A stretch of 64,000 nt of DNA from Sminthopsis crassicaudata (lineage: Eukaryota). How positions within the stretch are numbered: the stretch's first letter is position 1; each line of letters opens with the position of its first letter. The notes below the pieces were generated by a model. The model did no database searches, had not been told where the DNA came from, and saw only the letters and a program-made list of their open reading frames with translations. The DNA is taken from NCBI RefSeq assembly GCF_048593235.1, contig NC_133620.1, forward strand, positions 98,706,852 to 98,770,851, in the 5' to 3' direction. The position numbers and the translations under genes were made by a program. Shown here in pieces: positions 1-13,585 of the stretch.

Positions 1-699
1 TAAATTTAAAAAAAGCAACCACCCACCAAGAAGTCAAATCCCTTCTCTTTTCCAAGATGAATGATTTATCTGAAAACAAAATCTGCCTGACATTATTTCA
101 TTCGTAAGTCTATTTCCTCCTTTGTAATGAGAGATATGAAAGTCTTTCCATCCCTAAATCTGTGATCCTATAAGTCACAAGATATAAAACTGCATCCAAG
201 TGGAGAAATCCTTTGAGACAAAAGTCTAATTTATCAAATCCTACTAAAATGGGTTTGTTCTAAGGGGCAGGAAACTCTTATATGGTTATTGAGGTCCTAG
301 GAAGAGGTTCCAAAATAGACTGGCATTTGTTCTAATGCCCGGTGCTGCCTTTGTCCTTTTCTGAAAATGACAACTTCCATCTTCTATTTATTTCACTGAC
401 AATGTTATTGGAACCATCTTTTGTCACATTGTTTTATGACCTCATGATGGTTTCTACTAAAAACAATTCTTCAACTACAGGAGTGGAAATCCCTGGGAAA
501 CTCAGTGCTTCCTTAACCATGTTTGTAGGATACTCTAGTAATGATGACTAAGAAGTTGTCAAAGAAGCCAAAGGATGGAGACAAGGAAGGTCTTTCAGCA
601 TGGTGCAGAGTGAGAGAAATAGAATTGTCAAGAGAATGAAGAAAGGTAGTTTCTAATACTGTAGCCCACTTTCCCTCAAAAGTCTCCTCACCTACAAAT

Positions 700-895
700 T
701 TCCCTATTACTGTCAAAGGTACCACCATTCTCCCATTATCCAGGCTTCAAATCTAGGTGTCACCCTTGATAGCTTGCTCTTTCTCACCCACCTCCAATCA
801 ATTTCCACTATAAATTTAATACATTTGTCATCTGGAACTGCTACCATCCTAGTGCAGACCATTATCACCTCCTACCTGGACAATTGCAATGACTC
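700..895 (+). mobile_element. L2 ORF2 3' fragment
   Basis: ccatcctagtgcagaccattatcacctcctacctggacaattgcaat. Confidence 0.7.
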
Positions 896-1954
896 AAGTC
901 CATCATCCACCCAGGTCTATTTCTTGGGGTCTAAAAGAGAATGGGGAGAAACAAGGCACCCCTCAGTTCTTTTTCTCTTTCTGAATGGTGTCCCTTAGAC
1001 TGAAATGTAAAAAGAGTCCTGATGGTGCTCAAACAGTTTTAAAAATACAGACAGTTGTGACCTTGCAGGTGATGCAAAACTGCTTTAAATCACATAGTAG
1101 ACCCACATAGAATGTTTCAATCTTCTGGTCTTCAAGAAGAAGACTCCATTTTAGTCTAGGCATGCACCAAACCCCCGTCCTATTTACACATAGTTGTTTG
1201 TATCATGTTTCCCCCATCAGAATGTAAGCTCTTTGAGGGCAGGGTCTTTGTAAACCTGTGCTTAGCACAATGCGTGGCACATAGTAAGCACATAATAAAT
1301 GTTTATTAATGACCTTTTATAAACATCTTTATATGAAAAGATTTTATTTTTCTTTTTAACTGCTTCTTGGGATACAGTCCCAGGACTGGAATTATCAGGT
1401 TAAAGGGTATGACTAATTTCGTGGCTCTTCCTACTTATTACTGGATTGCTGTCCAGAGAGATTAGACCAATTAGTGTTATCACCAGGAATAATGATAGAT
1501 GAGTAGATTTTCCTTTCTTACTGACAGCTTCGGGCTTTATATTTTTTCTTTATTTTTCCCCTATTCTCATGAGTATTTTAGTTGTACTCATTTACATTTC
1601 TTTAGTAATTAATGAGGTTCATCATTTTGCTAAATGTGCATTTATTGTGTTTCTTCTCCTGTGACTCATCTGTTTATTTCCTTTGTTCATTTGTCATGAT
1701 GGATGAGACTTAATAGCTCACATTCATAAAGTACTTTCAGGTTTTTGTGGGAAAGAATCCAAAAGATGTCATCCCCATTTTATAGATGTGGAAGTTTAAA
1801 AAACAGAAAGTCAAGTCAATAAGCACCTATTATGGGCCAACCACTGTGATAAATCCTGGGGGTATAAAGAGAGGCAAAAAACATCTTGCTTTCAAGAAGC
1901 TCACATATAATCATAGAGAGAAAGCACCAGCATTATGAGGGATTGATAGAGGTT

Positions 1955-1960
<6 letters not shown>

Positions 1961-2023
<63 letters not shown>
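1961..2023. repeat. (TG)n microsatellite
   Basis: Uninterrupted TG run. Confidence 0.99.
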
Positions 2024-2025
<2 letters not shown>

Positions 2026-4947
2026 AGCCAGGAACTGAAGGAAGCCATGGAAACCAAGAGACAGACATGAAGAGAAATAGAAGCCCAGACTTAGGGGAAA
2101 CCAGTGAAAGTGCATGCAGTTGGAAGATGGAACAGCAAAGAGACCAATGTCATTGAATCCTAGAGTATGTGGAGAGGAGTAAGATGTAAGAAAACTGGGA
2201 AGGAGGAAGAGATCAGGTCAGAAGATTTTGGTTTTGATCCTAGATGGATCAAAGAGGGAGTTTATTTGAGTTTATTGAGGAGAGAGGTGACATGATCTGA
2301 CTTGAGCTTTAGGAAGATTATCTTGGCAGCTGAATATTAGATCCACTGGAATAGGGAGAGTCTTGAATCAGGGAGACTAGCCAGAAGACCTCACATCTGT
2401 GAGGTTATGAGGTTGAAGTGATTTTGCCAGAACCACACAACTAGTAAGCATTTGTCAGGACTGAAACTCAAATATTATCCTTGAAAACAGAATTTGTGAC
2501 ACTTTTTTCTTTTTCTGAAGAGTTCAAAAGACTTTCATCAATATATTACCATCTTTTTTTGTCTTCAATAAATACTTACTGAACAATAATATTAGCTAGC
2601 ATTTGCATAATGCCTTATGGTTTGTAAAACTCTTTACAAATATTATTTCCTCTTATCTTCACAACAAATCTAGGAGGTAGGTGCTATAATTACTCTCAAT
2701 TTACAGATGGGTAAACTGAAACAGACAGCGGTTAAATGACTTGTTCAGAGTCATATAGCTAGTGAGTGTCTGAGGTCGTATTTGAACTCAGGGTCTCCTG
2801 GCTAGCCCACCTAATGGCATTGATTCTTCACAACAACCTTATGCAAAACAGAATGACAGACATGATCTTCCCACTCCTTATAAAGTAAGGAAATGTATAC
2901 TGAGAGATATAAAGTGACTAGCAGATTTCCCCACATTCAGATTTATAAACGAGGTTCTTCCTTATCTTTTCTTCCCATTCAGTAGGACAAAACAGGATAG
3001 GGCTGATAATATGAGAACTATAGCTCTTTTCAGGTTGATCAGGCAGGTAAAGAAAACTAACAAAACTTTAACAAAATTCCCAAAAGTGACCAGTCCAAAA
3101 ATGATTCCTGTTGCCCTCCATGCTACACATGGCTATTCACTTCCAGTTGGGATCTGCTGACTCTTCTGAGGAAATTGGGCTTTTCCCTTCTTGAACATAT
3201 TATCCTCAATGAGATGAGATTTGTTGTTGCTGACTTTCTGCCTTCCTGGTCACTTAACTACCTTCTAATTCTCCAGAAACTTCTTAGTGTTGCCTGGTCC
3301 CTCTAGCTGCCAGTGATTCCTCTTTGACAACAATGTAATACATGTTTTATACATTTATATATATATATATTCTTATGTATCTATATCTATATCTTTATGT
3401 TGCCTTCCATTTATGTGGGAACTTTCCTGAAGACAGGAACTGTTTCACTTTTGCCTTTGTATTTCTGTACTCAGCAGAGTTTGATACATAGTAGGCACTC
3501 AGTGTTTATTGGTTGATTGTTGATGGATGGGGAAGTTAAAGAGCATTGGTCAATGGGAAACTAATCCTTTGAATCAAATACAAATTTTGGTGTCTTCCTC
3601 TGAAAAATACATGGTGATGTATAATAAAGATCCCTGTTCTTTATTTCAGAGCATGTGTTGGCATTTTTGACTGTTTCCTATATGTTTACTGTATGGAGAT
3701 TTAAAAAAAAAAACTTTAAATTCATCATGTCTCACCAGGTTTCAATTCTCAGTCCTCCATCAAACCCCAGAAAACTCTTCATTCTAGAAGATCATTTCAG
3801 TCTGGGAACTCACATTTCAGAAGTACCCTGAACTCATGTAGTCTTTCTTATGATTAGCTAGCTCCTCCTGGAACTCGAAGGAGGGCACCCATATGAGCTG
3901 TCTCTTAATTACTCACCAGGCTCTATCATGCCCCATTTAAAATGTAAACTCTTTGAGGGCAGGAGATATATTTTTAAAAATTTGTATTTCCATGTTTAGT
4001 GCATAGTAGTCACTTAATAAATGCCAGTCACACTGACTAGATTGGATGTGCATGTAAAAGGCACAAAACAGACAAAATCTCATTCTCTTCCCTGGTGATA
4101 TTTGGTAGAGAAGGAAACACTGCTGTGGGCTTCCTGGTAAAGAAGGGAGTTCAAGTCTTCCCTTCTCACTCAGTACCCACATGGCCGGGAAATCATGGTG
4201 ATGCTTTTTTTTTTTTTTTTTTTGCCTCTTTTGTATTAATTCTTTTCTGATCTTAGGTAAGTGGCTAGCGGAGACAGGTGGGCCAGACTGTGAGCTTGTG
4301 AATTTTTAAAGGTTAGAAGAGGCACCCAAGATTCAGTAACTAAAGTCCACCCAGAGTCTACGTATAGCTGCAGCAACCAAGACCAATGATGAGCAAGCTC
4401 TAAGGAGCAACCTGCTTGGCCTAACTCAGCAGTGAATTGATCCAGCATCTGAAACACTGTGTTCTGCCAGCAAGAGAACAGCTTATCCTTTTGCTATGCC
4501 AGACTTAGAAATGAACAAATATGGTGGGCAGAATCTTTAGCTGCGATCGCTTTTGAGTCTATTGTCCCTAGGACTGAGGAGTAAAGGGGAGAGCATGTTT
4601 CCATACTTTAGTTCTGACAATATCATCTGGGTCATCCCTGTCCTTAAGGATTTATCATCCTACTGTAGAGAGTGCTGAACCATGGTCACTAAGTGCAGAC
4701 CTGACCAAGGCCACCCTGTACTTAGTAAGCTCCAATGGTCCCCGTTACCTCCACCATCAAATATAAAATCTCTATTTGGTTTTCAAAGCCTTTTACAACC
4801 TAGCCCTTCCTTAGCTGCCATTCCTCTTGTTCTTTGCTTCTTCCCACATGGTTTGGGGATCCAGTGATACTGGCCCCCTGGAGGTTCCCTGTATGAGACA
4901 TTCCATCACCTCACCATCAGTTTTCATTGGTTCTCCTTCCATATTTC

Positions 4948-5097
4948 AGTGGCACAGTGGATAGAGCACCAGCCCTGAAGTCAGGAAGACCTGAGTTCAA
5001 ATCTGGTCTCAGACACTTAACACTTCCTGGCTGTGAGACCCTGGGCAAGTCACTTAACACCAACTACCTCAGCAAAAATAAAAAAAATAAATAAAAT
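4948..5097 (+). mobile_element. Short marsupial SINE inserted in an L2 fragment
   Basis: Box A (gtggcacagtgg), box B (gagttcaaatc), CORE segment, A-rich tail. Confidence 0.85.
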
Positions 5098-5411
5098 TCC
5101 ACCTTTCATGAGAAGCTTTCCCAGTTCTAGTGCCTTCACTCTGAACTCATCTCCATTTTACCTGCATACTATAAGATGTATATAGTTGCTTGCATTTTGC
5201 CCACCCTGATAACTGTGAGATGCCTCGGGGCAGGAATTGTTGTTGTTGTTGTTGTTGTTTTTTTTTTTATTTCTGTCTTGGAGTACCCAGAGCTTAATAT
5301 AGTGTCTAACCCATAATAAACAATAAATTCTTATTATTGACAGACTAAATATATATAAAATTATAACTAGCATTTATATAGTACCTACTTGGTCTTGGGT
5401 AGATAGGTGGG

Positions 5412-6034
5412 TGTTGACAGAGAGAACTTGAATTATTGTAAACAAGAAGCCAAGTTATTCCAAGAGGCAAGCAGGGAAGAACAGTCACAGAATTATATTC
5501 AGACCTTTTGATTTTGATTAGGCCTTTTGTTATCTTTATTCTGACCTTTATTAGAGTCCCACATTTGGTTGAGAACCTTGCTTGAATTCCTAGTCAGAAT
5601 CTTTGTATTGATAAAACCATCATAATATCACACTTACTGTATCCAATCAGAAAGCCAAGTTATGTCAACTCCCAAGGCTATTCTTTCCCTATAAGAGAAA
5701 CTACTTGCATTGTAAACCCCCAATAAACCTCCTTGTTTAGGAATTTAGCCTCTCTTATGGCCTCTAGGGTTCAATAGGAACTTGTCTTAATGGTTTCTTT
5801 CTACTTAATGGCATCTGCCCCCTGGTTAATTGTTTTAGGGAAACGTAGCTTTTGTCTTTTTCCTTGTTAATTGCTAAAATCCCATGTGGATTTAGCCTAC
5901 TGCTAGCAATGAAATGAAATATTTGCCTCTTGATTTGGAGATGAGCTAAGCCTACAAATTCTTTTGAAATACCTCATGACACTGGCTTGAAACCCCAATA
6001 TACTTTAGGGGTCCAAAATCCCTTCTCTCCAACA
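5412..6034 (+). mobile_element. ERV-type LTR (~620 bp) followed by a PBS-like sequence
   Basis: TG...CA termini; CCAAT 5643-5647, TATAA 5690-5694, AATAAA 5722-5727; TGGTGGATTATACTGGGG begins at 6037. Left boundary approximate. Confidence 0.7.
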
Positions 6035-8399
6035 TTTGGTGGATTATACTGGGGAGCCTGAAATCCCAATATGTTTGGGGGGCTCTGTGCTTCTACACCT
6101 CTATTACCCCATCACTCAGTATGTGTGGGGTACTGGGCTAAGCTCTTTTTACAAATATCATTTCTTTTGACCCTGAGAACATCCTTGGGAGGGAGGATTT
6201 ATTATTTCCCCCATTTTAGAGTTAAGGATATACACATTAAATGACTTAGGATCATACAACCAGTAAGTGTCTGAGATGGATCTTAGTGATTCCAGGGTCG
6301 ACACTCTATGCATTGTGACAACTAACTGCTAATATCCCTTTGTACAAAAAAAATTGATGAATGATATTGGCAAGGAATTGATCTATTAATTAGTGACCTG
6401 ATATTGATATCTACCTGTGATTTCTTCTTGGGAAATGGAAGGTGGGAAGGTGATTCTCACCTCTCAGGGATTCCCCCTCTCCTAGAATCTCTAGGGGGAG
6501 CAGTAGCTAGAGTCTTGGGAATCAACCTGGTTGAGAGAGTAAGTGCTGTTGTACCACAATAATTAGGAGAGAGGATGCTATCTCCAGGTCCTGCAATAAT
6601 GACATCATGACTCTTTGAAATATCAAAGCCACAGATACATATAACAGAGCAAAGAGAGTCTTCCTTTCTAATTTGGGCTTTTGAAACCCTACCCAGCCTT
6701 CAAACTCCAACCTAACCAACACTCCCAATAACATAGCATTCCTGGTATTTCATAATCCTTCATTAGATATGATCTCTCCCTCCTTTGAATTGCTCTGCCC
6801 CCATATTTCTCTCTTATGTCACTTTTCAGATGCAGGCTTTTATTACAAACAGCAGGTTCACCTTTCTAATTCAAGATTTTTCCTTCAAAAGCTTCCCCCC
6901 CCCCTTTTTTTGCAAAAAAGTATTTATTTATGAAAAAGTTTTAGTCAATTAATTTTTAAACAAGTCACATCATATTTTGGATTTATTTGCTAATTCAGTA
7001 GAGTATAAATATTTTCTGTCAATATCCAAAACAATTATAAGAGTGAACTAGTTTCAATATAAAATACTAATTCTAGTAGAGGCCCATTCTGCACTCCTGA
7101 CAATCATGCAGTTACCCCACCCTCCCAGTGCCCTACCCCGATAAAAGTCTTATAGCAAAGAACTCAATATTGTTATTAATCAATGAAAAGTATTTAAATA
7201 CCAAAACTTGCTTATCAAAACTGCTATAATATCTTTTAAAAAGACAATTTTTTTTTGTTTTCAAGTAAGTCTGATGAACATAATCCTTTACAATCCATCA
7301 CTAAAAACTTTCATCTTTAAGATGACATATGCAGATAATTCAGCTTGGGAATTTCACTGATGAGAAGGGGAATGTCATTTGTTTAACTTTTTTGAGACTA
7401 TGTGCTTATCCAGTTCTTTCTATATCCTGAATGACTGGGAGTGCTGAGAAGTTGTTAAACAATACTATCCAAAGTCCTTTAGTGGTTACTATGTACAAGG
7501 CAGAGAGGCAGTGTTGCCTAATGGTAGGGCACCATCCTGTGAGTCAAAGCCTTGGGTTTAAGTCCATCCTGACTCTGACTATGTAATCCTTAATGCTTTA
7601 AGCAACTTTCTAAGCCTGGAAGTCATAGAGCAGAGTTACTCCTCTGCAATGGTAGAGGGAATTTTTTCATCAGAAATTATATAAACTCATGAAATCACAG
7701 ATCTAGATCTCCCTCCAACAATTATCCTAGACATTAGACAAAACCAAACCCATCCCTATCCCCCTAGGATTTATCTTTTCATTATAGATAGGGCACTGGA
7801 CCTGAAGGCACTTAGAGCTGAGTTCATGTTTTGCTTCAAACACTTAGCAGCTGTATGTCACTAGACAAGTCACTTATTCTATATGTCTCCATCTTGTTCA
7901 TCAGTAAAATAGGGCATAATATTACCATTGCCCTCCCAGGCCTATTGTGAGGACAAAATGAGATAATAATTGTAATGTACTTATAGCTCTATAGAAACGA
8001 AATGATGGTGACTACATGATGATGATGATGATGAAGTTGATGGTGAGAATGAGGAGGATGACCTTGATGTGACCCATACATAGAGAGTATATACAGCATA
8101 ATATAATTTCAAGAGGGACACAGAATATCTGGAAGGATCAAGAAAACCCTGATAGAGGAAGTACCTCCCAAACTATATTTTGAAGGAAGCTTTGAACCCT
8201 ACAAGGTGAAGATGAAGGGGGAGTGCATTAGAGGGATGGTATACACATGTGTGAAGGTACAAAGCATATGGGGGGGCATGGGAGGAAAACTAAATCTGGG
8301 ATCACCAACTAGATGCTGAGAATCCTCAAAGAATCCAAGATGCATGAGCTTTTGTCATATTTTGTCATATTGCTATACTCAAAAATGTTCATTGGTTCA

Positions 8400-8900
8400 T
8401 TTTTTTCCCCTAAACTCAACTTTCATTCTCCCTGTCCATCCTCTTTTCATCTTCCCTTCCCCCATCCTTTTCCATGTGCTCTAGATTCCAGTCAAACTGG
8501 TTTATCCTCTGTCCCTCAAATGCATTGTGCACCTTCCTTCCTCTGTGACTTTGTTCATGCTATTCTTTATATTTGTCATACCTTCTCTCCCCATCTTTAC
8601 CTATTTAAGTCTTACTTAGTCTTTAAATCTCAATTCAAATGCTGCACTGCCCAGGAAGTCTTCCTGGATTCTCCCAGGTAGAAATGATCTCTCCCCTCTA
8701 ATCTCACCTGGCACTTTCTTTTCCATCTTTCTAATGCATGTATTATCTCATAGTATATATTATAGGTTCAATCAGCACTTGTGCCTTTTGCCCCTACTGG
8801 ATTATATGGCCCACAAAAGCACAGACCATGTCTTACCCAAACTTTTCATCCCCTAGCATAATGCTCTCTGCTAAGATTTAAAAATATTTGTTGAATGAAG
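8400..8900 (+). mobile_element. L2 3' fragment
   Basis: ccagtcaaactgg...gtctttaaatctcaattcaaatgc...atatttgttgaatgaa. Confidence 0.7.
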
Positions 8901-9889
8901 AGATAAATGAATCTACCAAAATTAGCCTATTGAGTACAACCTGTCTGGAGGCCTGCAGGGGGAAAATGTAAGGGATTTCTGCTCCAATGCTTCTCACATC
9001 TCTCCATTAACAAATATTTACATCTTTCTCTAAGACTGAAGCTCTCTGACAAAAAGGACTTGGGCTATGGAGAAATGGCTTTGACCTTGAGCCTGGCCCT
9101 GCAGCAAGACTAGAAAGTATTGCTTCATTTCCTGATGTTGAAAATTGCCTGCATCTTAGCTCCTATTTCACATTCAAGACTGAGAGAGAAAAAGTCATTT
9201 GTCCTATTAAGCTGTCCAGAGGAAGGTGTGCTAAGCCAATTCGCCTGGGTGTGAGGGACCGGCCTCCAGGAAACCTGCTCAGCCCTCCTTTTCCTCATTC
9301 CTTTACCACAGGTTTTCACAACTTCAAAGGATAGAACTTGTCTCACCTCATCAAGCACTTTTCAGCAATAGCAACTCCTAGAAGCAGAGTTGATATAAAG
9401 TTCTGATTTCTGTATTTGTGAATCTGGCCCCAACCAAATTCTAGATTTATTTCCTCACTTTTCTTCCGCAAGTAACCAGTATTCCAGCCAAACTGGATCT
9501 CTATTCCCTAAACATACTTCATCCTTCCAATCTCACCCACCTTTTTTTCTGCTTATCCCTGCCTGTATTGTTCTTACCCTCCATCTTTTCTTACAAATAT
9601 CCTTATAAACATAAATATAACAAGCATTCTCTGAAGTCAAACTTACATGGCATTTACATGGCACTTCCATGAAGACTTTACTGATCACCTCAGCTGAAAA
9701 AGTGACCTCTCTCTCCTTTGAACTCTGTGACAGTGAATAAATATCATTCCTATGGCACTTATTCATGCTGCCTTGTATTGGAATTATTTGTGTCTCTATA
9801 AAAAATAGAGATGTAGATGATAAGTAGCATCAGGACTGTCTTTTTCCCTTCTTTTTCCTTCCTTCCTTGCTTTCTTTCTTCCTCTCTTC

Positions 9890-10235
9890 NNNNNNNNNNN
9901 NNNNNNNNNNNNNNNNNNNNNNNNNNNNNNNNNNNNNNNNNNNNNNNNNNNNNNNNNNNNNNNNNNNNNNNNNNNNNNNNNNNNNNNNNNNNNNNNNNNN
10001 NNNNNNNNNNNNNNNNNNNNNNNNNNNNNNNNNNNNNNNNNNNNNNNNNNNNNNNNNNNNNNNNNNNNNNNNNNNNNNNNNNNNNNNNNNNNNNNNNNNN
10101 NNNNNNNNNNNNNNNNNNNNNNNNNNNNNNNNNNNNNNNNNNNNNNNNNNNNNNNNNNNNNNNNNNNNNNNNNNNNNNNNNNNNNNNNNNNNNNNNNNNN
10201 NNNNNNNNNNNNNNNNNNNNNNNNNNNNNNNNNNN
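9890..10235. other. Assembly gap (346 N)
   Basis: Run of N preceded by CT-rich sequence; ORFs spanning it are artefacts. Confidence 1.
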
Positions 10236-11963
10236 GCTAGTAATTTGAACTCAGATACTCTTGACTCCAGGGTTAGTGCTCTATCCATTGCATAGCTTGC
10301 CCAGGACCATCTTTCTAGAATTGGAATAGATCTAGCCTAAAAGCTCTTTAGGAGCAAAGTCTATAGTATATGCTTTCTGTGCTGCTATATCATGCCTTAT
10401 ACATATTTGCTGAGTGAATGAATTGGTTAAAGGAACAGTGAAATGTGGCTCTTGGCTGGCTTTTGTCAAGACTCCAGGGTCATATCTCTCTCTCCTTGCT
10501 ACTTTGACCCACAGAACAATTTCTCCCTTCACTGAACTGTAGACATCTCATGCAATGGAACCTTTGAAGGGAACAGTCTTAGATCTAGGATTAATAGTCA
10601 TTGAAATTAATGAATTCGTAATCATTGAAAAGCTAGATAACTTTTCAAAAGACAGAAAAAGAGGTGATAGATAAAACTCTGAATCCCAAAGCCCAAGTGA
10701 ACAGTACTGTCTGGGAAGGCTATATAATAACTGACCTCAATATTCTTTAGCACCCCCTAAACTTCTTTCCCTCTGCCTCCACTCCCTACTCTGCTTTTTT
10801 TTCTCTTCTTCACTATGGCTACTTTTGTGTTTATCTTGGTATCTAATAATTTTCCTCTTTTTCTTACTTAGTGGGAACAAAAAATGTCCTAGGTCCCTGC
10901 CATGTATGTGGGGACTAGCTTTTCAAAAGACTTTTTTTTTTTTTTAGAAAATGGACAGACAGCATGTCTGTCTAACACCAGGAAGTTATTCTCAACTAAA
11001 TCAATTTGGCCTCCGTAACTGAATATCCTTATTCAGTATCCTTCCTCTTTTATTGCTAAGTAAACTTTTTGCTAAATGTTGAATGACCTAAAAGTATCTC
11101 ATTTCCTTCCAGTATCAGACCTTAATTACCAAGGGTCCTTGCCTTCTTCCTTTTTATCTTTTCTATCTATATATCTCTTCATTTCTTCTATCCAAATTCT
11201 TTAATCCCTCTTAATTGAACATATAAACATTTTCATAGTATCTGATATTTTGTGATTCCCTCCCCCCATTGGTGTTTTCTTAGTAGAGACACCGAGCTGT
11301 TTCAGTTATGTTGGAATATTGCAGAGATACTGGAGTGGTTTTGCCATTTCCTTCTCCAACTGATTTTACAGATGAGAAAATTGAGGCAAATAGGACTAAG
11401 TGACTTCCTCAGGATTATCTAGCTACTTTTTTTAGGCCAATTTGAACTCAAGTCCTCCTGACTCCAAGCCCAACCTTCTATCTACCATACATCACCTAGC
11501 TATCCAAAAATAAAATATATTTTAAATGATAGCTACTCAAACAGATCTGTGCTCTCATTAACATAACTGTTCTTTCCAATGAAGTAGATTGTAACCCCTC
11601 CATGTCTGCCTAAATCCTCCCACAAATTCACCAATTCACTGTAGAAGATCTGTCCAAAAGGCTGGGGTTAAAAGAAAGGATCTTCCTTGTTTTCTCTTTA
11701 TATACTAAGGATACTGGTGGGCCATATGAACAGTCCCTCAGTCATCTCTCTCTCTCTCACCATGTAATTAGCCATATTCTTGGTCAATTATAGATTTTCT
11801 TGATGACATCCTTTATTCTGGTTCTTCATATAGCCCTATATTTTGTGACTTGTAACCTATTTACATTCACCATGGCCATCTCATTGATACTCATCTTTCA
11901 TACTTTGGTCCCTATATTGTTCTATGGCTCACAGTCATACAATTCCAATAGAATATTACTATT

Positions 11964-12415
11964 TTTTTATTCATTTTTCCAAATTATCCCTCCACTCCCT
12001 CCCCCCGATGACAGGTAATCCCATACATTTCACATGTGTTACAATATAACCTAGATACAATATATGTGTGTAAATACCATTTTCTTGTTGCACATTAAGT
12101 ATTGGATTCTGAAGGTATAAGTAACCTGGGTAGATAGACAGTAGTGCTAATATTTTACATTCACTTCCCAGTGTTCCTTCTCTGGGTATAGTTATTTCTG
12201 TCCATCATTGATCAACTGGAAGTGAGTTGGATCTTCTCTATGTTGAAGATATCCACTTCCATCAGAATACATCCTCATACAGCATTGTTGTTGAAGTGTA
12301 CAGTGATCTTCTGGTTCTGCTCATTTCACTCAGCAACAGTTGATGTAAGTCTCTCCAAGCCTCTCTGTATTCCTCCTGCTGGTCATTTCTTACAGAGCAA
12401 TAATATTCCATAACC
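11964..12415 (-). mobile_element. Young L1 3' fragment with perfect 15-bp TSD
   Basis: tagaatattactatt at 11949-11963 and 12416-12430; body closely resembles the 3'UTR of the 46-kb L1. Confidence 0.9.
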
Positions 12416-13169
12416 TAGAATATTACTATTAAGAAGATAGTAATTTGTTTTAAGGAGACATTTAGGGTTATTAAAGTGTTAATAAAGTTTCCCAGAGACT
12501 ATCTGGTTTGCTTTCCTCCTCTTTAAATCTGAGCCTAGATAATCATTCATATTCCATCAACAAAAATTCATTAAGTGACAACTATGTGCCAGGCACTGTG
12601 TTGCTGCTGAATGTCCATTGTCCAGATCATGGCCAGCATAGATCATTCAACTAAATTCATGCCATAGATTGAACAATGGGCATTCAGCATTTAACTCAGT
12701 ACCTGGCACACAATTATAACTTAATAAATTCTTGGTGATTGATTGATTTTCCATCTACTTGGTTTTTTTCTGTTTTATTAGGCCAAATTCTTTAGTACAA
12801 TTAAGGAATTTGCCCAGCAGGCTCTGTAATATTCCAGAGTTTTATGCAACTAATTTAATGTGATATGCAAAGAATTCACAAAGTTCTCTCTAATATACTT
12901 CCTATTGTGGTAGAAAGGTGACCCTGGATTCTTGAAGGCTTTGTTAGCAGAGGACAAGAACTGGCAGGTCCATTGTGCTGGAAAAACCTTCAACTATGAT
13001 GCTGAGAATAGGCAGTTTATTTTCTAAGGACCAGACCATATAGCTAAGCAGAGAGAGGCTCATCACCGGTAAGCTAGCTACTTGGACATGGCAACCAATG
13101 AGTAAATAAATATTGGTAATGTTTATAGAATAAAGTTTATGTTCCCCATTATTAAATTTATAATCAGAC

Positions 13170-13585
13170 ATATGATGATTAATTCTGATGGATGTGGTTC
13201 TTTTCAACAATGAGGTGATTCGGACTAGTTCCAATGGTCTTATGATGAAAAGAGCCACCTGCACCTAGAGAGAGAACTGTGGGTCCTGAATGTGGACCAC
13301 AACATAGTATTTTCTACTCTTTTTGTTGCTGTTTGCTTGCTTTTTTCTTTCTTTCCCATCTTTTTCCTTTTTGACTTGACTTTTGTTGTGCAGCATGATA
13401 ATTGTGGAAATAGTATAGAAGAACTGCACATGTTTAATATATATTGGACTACTTGCCATCTAGAGGAGGGGATGGAAGGGAATGGAGGGAGAAAACATTT
13501 GGAACACAAGGTTTTGCAAGGATAAATGTTGAAAATTATCTATGCATATGTTTTGAAAATAAAAAGCTTTAATTAAAAAATTATA
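13170..13585 (+). mobile_element. L1 3'UTR fragment
   Basis: atgatgattaattctgatggatgtggttc...gaaaataaaaagc. Confidence 0.85.

Noticed and set aside
300-728. ORFs 342-551 and 513-728 as a pseudogene or endogenous viral element
   Set aside because: No recognisable motif; parts weakly resemble a decayed CR1 3' end. BLASTx would settle it.
1933-2115. HT-repeat ORF, and similar ORFs at 49568-49872, 51141-51597 and 63771-63997
   Set aside because: Translations of microsatellites or low-complexity purine tracts.
4948-5097. tRNA gene from A/B boxes (also the other SINE heads)
   Set aside because: Boxes are followed by CORE sequence and an A-tail; these are SINEs with no cloverleaf.
9817-10295. Three ORFs of 142-152 aa
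   Set aside because: They span the N gap.
11600-11710. TATATAAAG on the minus strand as a CHI3L1 promoter
   Set aside because: No downstream ATG with a phase-1 GT donor matching a GH18 first exon.
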